DNA of 64,000 nucleotides. Origin: Ardenticatenaceae bacterium (lineage in GTDB: Bacteria > Chloroflexota > Anaerolineae > Promineifilales > Promineifilaceae). Below, piece after piece: positions 62,311 through 64,000 of this stretch; the first letter of the stretch is position 1; each line of letters starts with the position of its first letter. The position numbers and the translations under genes were made by a program. The notes under the pieces are model-generated. The model did not search any database. It saw only the letters and a program-made list of their open reading frames with translations, and had not been told where the DNA came from. The stretch spans positions 527,136 to 591,135 of the forward strand of contig JACKBS010000006.1 of NCBI GenBank assembly GCA_020634435.1, written 5' to 3'.

Positions 62311-64000
62311 ATGTTTAACACAAAGAAATGGGCGCTTATCGCTCTGATCGTTGCTCTTGGTGCAGTTGTTTTGGCAGCTTGTACCCCCACAACCGAAACC
62401 GTAACGGTTGAGGTTACCCGTGTTGTTACCGAAACAGTCGTCGAAGAAGGGCAGACTGTGGAAGTAACCCGCGTTGTTACTGAAACCGTCGTTGAGACGG
62501 TAGAAGTTGAACCCGATGCTCAGCCTGCTGGTCCCAAAGACCTGATCGTTTGTATGGCCCAAGAGCCGGACAGCCTGTATTGGTACGGAACTTCAATGTT
62601 GGCCGCTCAGGCCGTGCAGCATGCCATTTATGAGAACCTCATAACGACTTTATCCTATGACTACCAGGCACAAGGTCTGGAGAAATTGCCCAGCCTGAAC
62701 GATGGTGATGCCGTTTTAGAAAGCGTAGAAGTAAACGCTGGCGACACCGTTGTAAACGCTGGTGGTGAAGTTGTTGTTGTAGAAGATGGTACCATGCTGG
62801 TTACAAGCGATGGCGAAACGGTTGAATTCGCTGGTGAAGCTGTCATGATGGACCGTCTTGTTGTGGACTTCACCCTAAAGGCCCGCACTTGGTCAGATGG
62901 CGAACCGGTAAAAGCATCTGACTCCATTTACAGCTTTAATTTGCTATCAGACCCCGACACCCCAGCCAGTAAATTCACGGTTGAACGCACCGCCAGCTAT
63001 GAAGCGACCGGCGACCTTAGCACCCGTTGGACTGGTATTCCTGGTTACAAAGACTCCACCTTCTTCACAAACTTCTGGCAACCCTTGCCAGAGCACGTAT
63101 GGGGTTCTTTCAGCGCTGCTGAACTGCTCGAAGCAGAAGAGTCTAGCCGCATGCCGGTTGGCGACGGTCCATTCGTTGTCCAAGAGTGGATCGCTGGCGA
63201 CAGCATCCGCTTGACCCCGAACGAATTCTACTATCAAGAAGGTCTGCCCTATCTGAACAGCGTAACCTACAAGTTCATCCCCGACACCAACCAGCTGATC
63301 GCTCAGCTGCTGTCTGGCGCTTGCGACATTGGTACGCAGGATGGTATGGATGCTGGCCAGGCTCCGTTCCTCATCGAAGCTGAGAACAACGGCCTGCTGA
63401 CCCCCTACTTCCAGACCGGTACCGTGTACGAACACATCGACTTCGGTGTGAACAGCTACGGCGACTACGGTGATGGCGTTGGTCGTCCCGACTGGTTCGA
63501 AGATGTCCGCGTTCGTCAGGCGATGACGATGTGTACCGACCGCCAGAGCATGGTTGACAACATCCTGTTCGGCCGTTCCGAAGTTATCCACACCTACATC
63601 CCCAGCGTGCACCCGCTGTATCCCGAAGGTCTGACCGAATGGGCATACGACGTGGACGCAGCCAATGCCTTGCTCGACGAAGCTGGTTTCACCGATGGTG
63701 ATGGTGATGGTATCCGCGAGGATCCGGCCACCGGCACCCCATTTGCTGTCACCCTGGGCACGACCACGGGTAACGAAATGCGTCAGCAGCTGACCCAGAT
63801 CTTCAAAGAGAACATGCTGCAATGTGGTATCGATGTAGAACTGTACTACCTGCCGTCCAGCGAATGGTTTGCTGATGGTCCTGATGGTGTGCTGTTCGGC
63901 CGTCGTTTCGACCTGGGCGAATTTGCCTGGTTGACCGGTGTAGAACCGAGCTGCTCCCTGTACATGACTGACAGCATCACTGGTCCAGAAGAAGAAGGCT
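62311..64000 (+). CDS. ABC transporter substrate-binding lipoprotein, family 5 (oligopeptide/dipeptide/nickel type), 3'-truncated by window edge
   Basis: Not in the ORF track (no stop in window). SD GAGAGGAGGAAG. MFNTKKWALIALIVALGAVVLAAC lipobox. Later WSDGEPVKASD, GDGPFVVQEW, VYEHIDFG blocks typical of SBP_bac_5. Confidence 0.85.
   Translation, partial: MFNTKKWALIALIVALGAVVLAACTPTTETVTVEVTRVVTETVVEEGQTVEVTRVVTETVVETVEVEPDAQPAGPKDLIVCMAQEPDSLYWYGTSMLAAQAVQHAIYENLITTLSYDYQAQGLEKLPSLNDGDAVLESVEVNAGDTVVNAGGEVVVVEDGTMLVTSDGETVEFAGEAVMMDRLVVDFTLKARTWSDGEPVKASDSIYSFNLLSDPDTPASKFTVERTASYEATGDLSTRWTGIPGYKDSTFFTNFWQPLPEHVWGSFSAAELLEAEESSRMPVGDGPFVVQEWIAGDSIRLTPNEFYYQEGLPYLNSVTYKFIPDTNQLIAQLLSGACDIGTQDGMDAGQAPFLIEAENNGLLTPYFQTGTVYEHIDFGVNSYGDYGDGVGRPDWFEDVRVRQAMTMCTDRQSMVDNILFGRSEVIHTYIPSVHPLYPEGLTEWAYDVDAANALLDEAGFTDGDGDGIREDPATGTPFAVTLGTTTGNEMRQQLTQIFKENMLQCGIDVELYYLPSSEWFADGPDGVLFGRRFDLGEFAWLTGVEPSCSLYMTDSITGPEEEG

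Noticed and set aside
62947-63822. 291-aa minus-strand ORF
   Set aside because: It is antisense to the unambiguous family-5 substrate-binding protein gene, which is missing from the track only because it has no stop within the window.

Overview
64-kb chromosomal window with about 50 protein-coding genes. The gene content (PT-rich secreted proteins, LCP, FG-GAP, a SARP/NB-ARC/TPR regulator, a Ser/Thr kinase, many GT2/GT4 genes) looks Chloroflexota-like, but that taxonomic call is inference only.

Layout:
(i) 1-5.3 kb: fcl fragment, SDR, esterase, GT1, TetR + SRPBCC.
(ii) 5.86-7.15 kb: an intact IS3-family element with a 3-bp target duplication.
(iii) 7.2-13 kb: small or unknown genes, a flavin reductase, a ParB-fold protein and a 937-aa BTAD-NB-ARC-TPR regulator.
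(iv) 13.1-15.3 kb: yqeC-mocA fusion + yqeB. Then, 8 kb further on at 23.3-30.7 kb, a xanthine-dehydrogenase-family molybdenum hydroxylase operon (Mo subunit, small membrane protein, FAD/2Fe-2S fusion, XdhC, lipoprotein, receiver, histidine kinase). The two halves are separated by a kinase/lipoprotein/Kelch/lipase block.
(v) 30.8-35 kb: thioesterase, arfB, MFS, LCP.
(vi) 35.2-56.5 kb: an AT-richer glycan-assembly cluster of about 21 kb. It holds an orphan Wzm permease, about 10 glycosyltransferases, a GT-C-like membrane protein, an FG-GAP protein, a methyltransferase, a sulfotransferase broken by one in-frame TAA, three paralogous coiled-coil modules and a GHL10 hydrolase.
(vii) 56.6-64 kb: nucleotidyltransferase pair, MBL hydrolase, mutY, TPR + HExxH proteins, and a 5'-partial peptide-type ABC binding protein.

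I saw no rRNA, tRNA or CRISPR.

The most unusual signals are at the DNA level:
- An 8-10-bp palindrome (A)ACGGCCGT(T) occurs about 119 times by hand count, in all reading phases. It resembles the cyanobacterial HIP1 palindrome.
- Heptanucleotide tandem arrays occur, including two embedded in frame inside conserved enzymes.
- A -10 hexamer sits exactly 6 nt before the ATG in front of many operon-first genes, a leaderless-type start.

All coordinates and counts were derived by eye from the sequence. No database searches were run.
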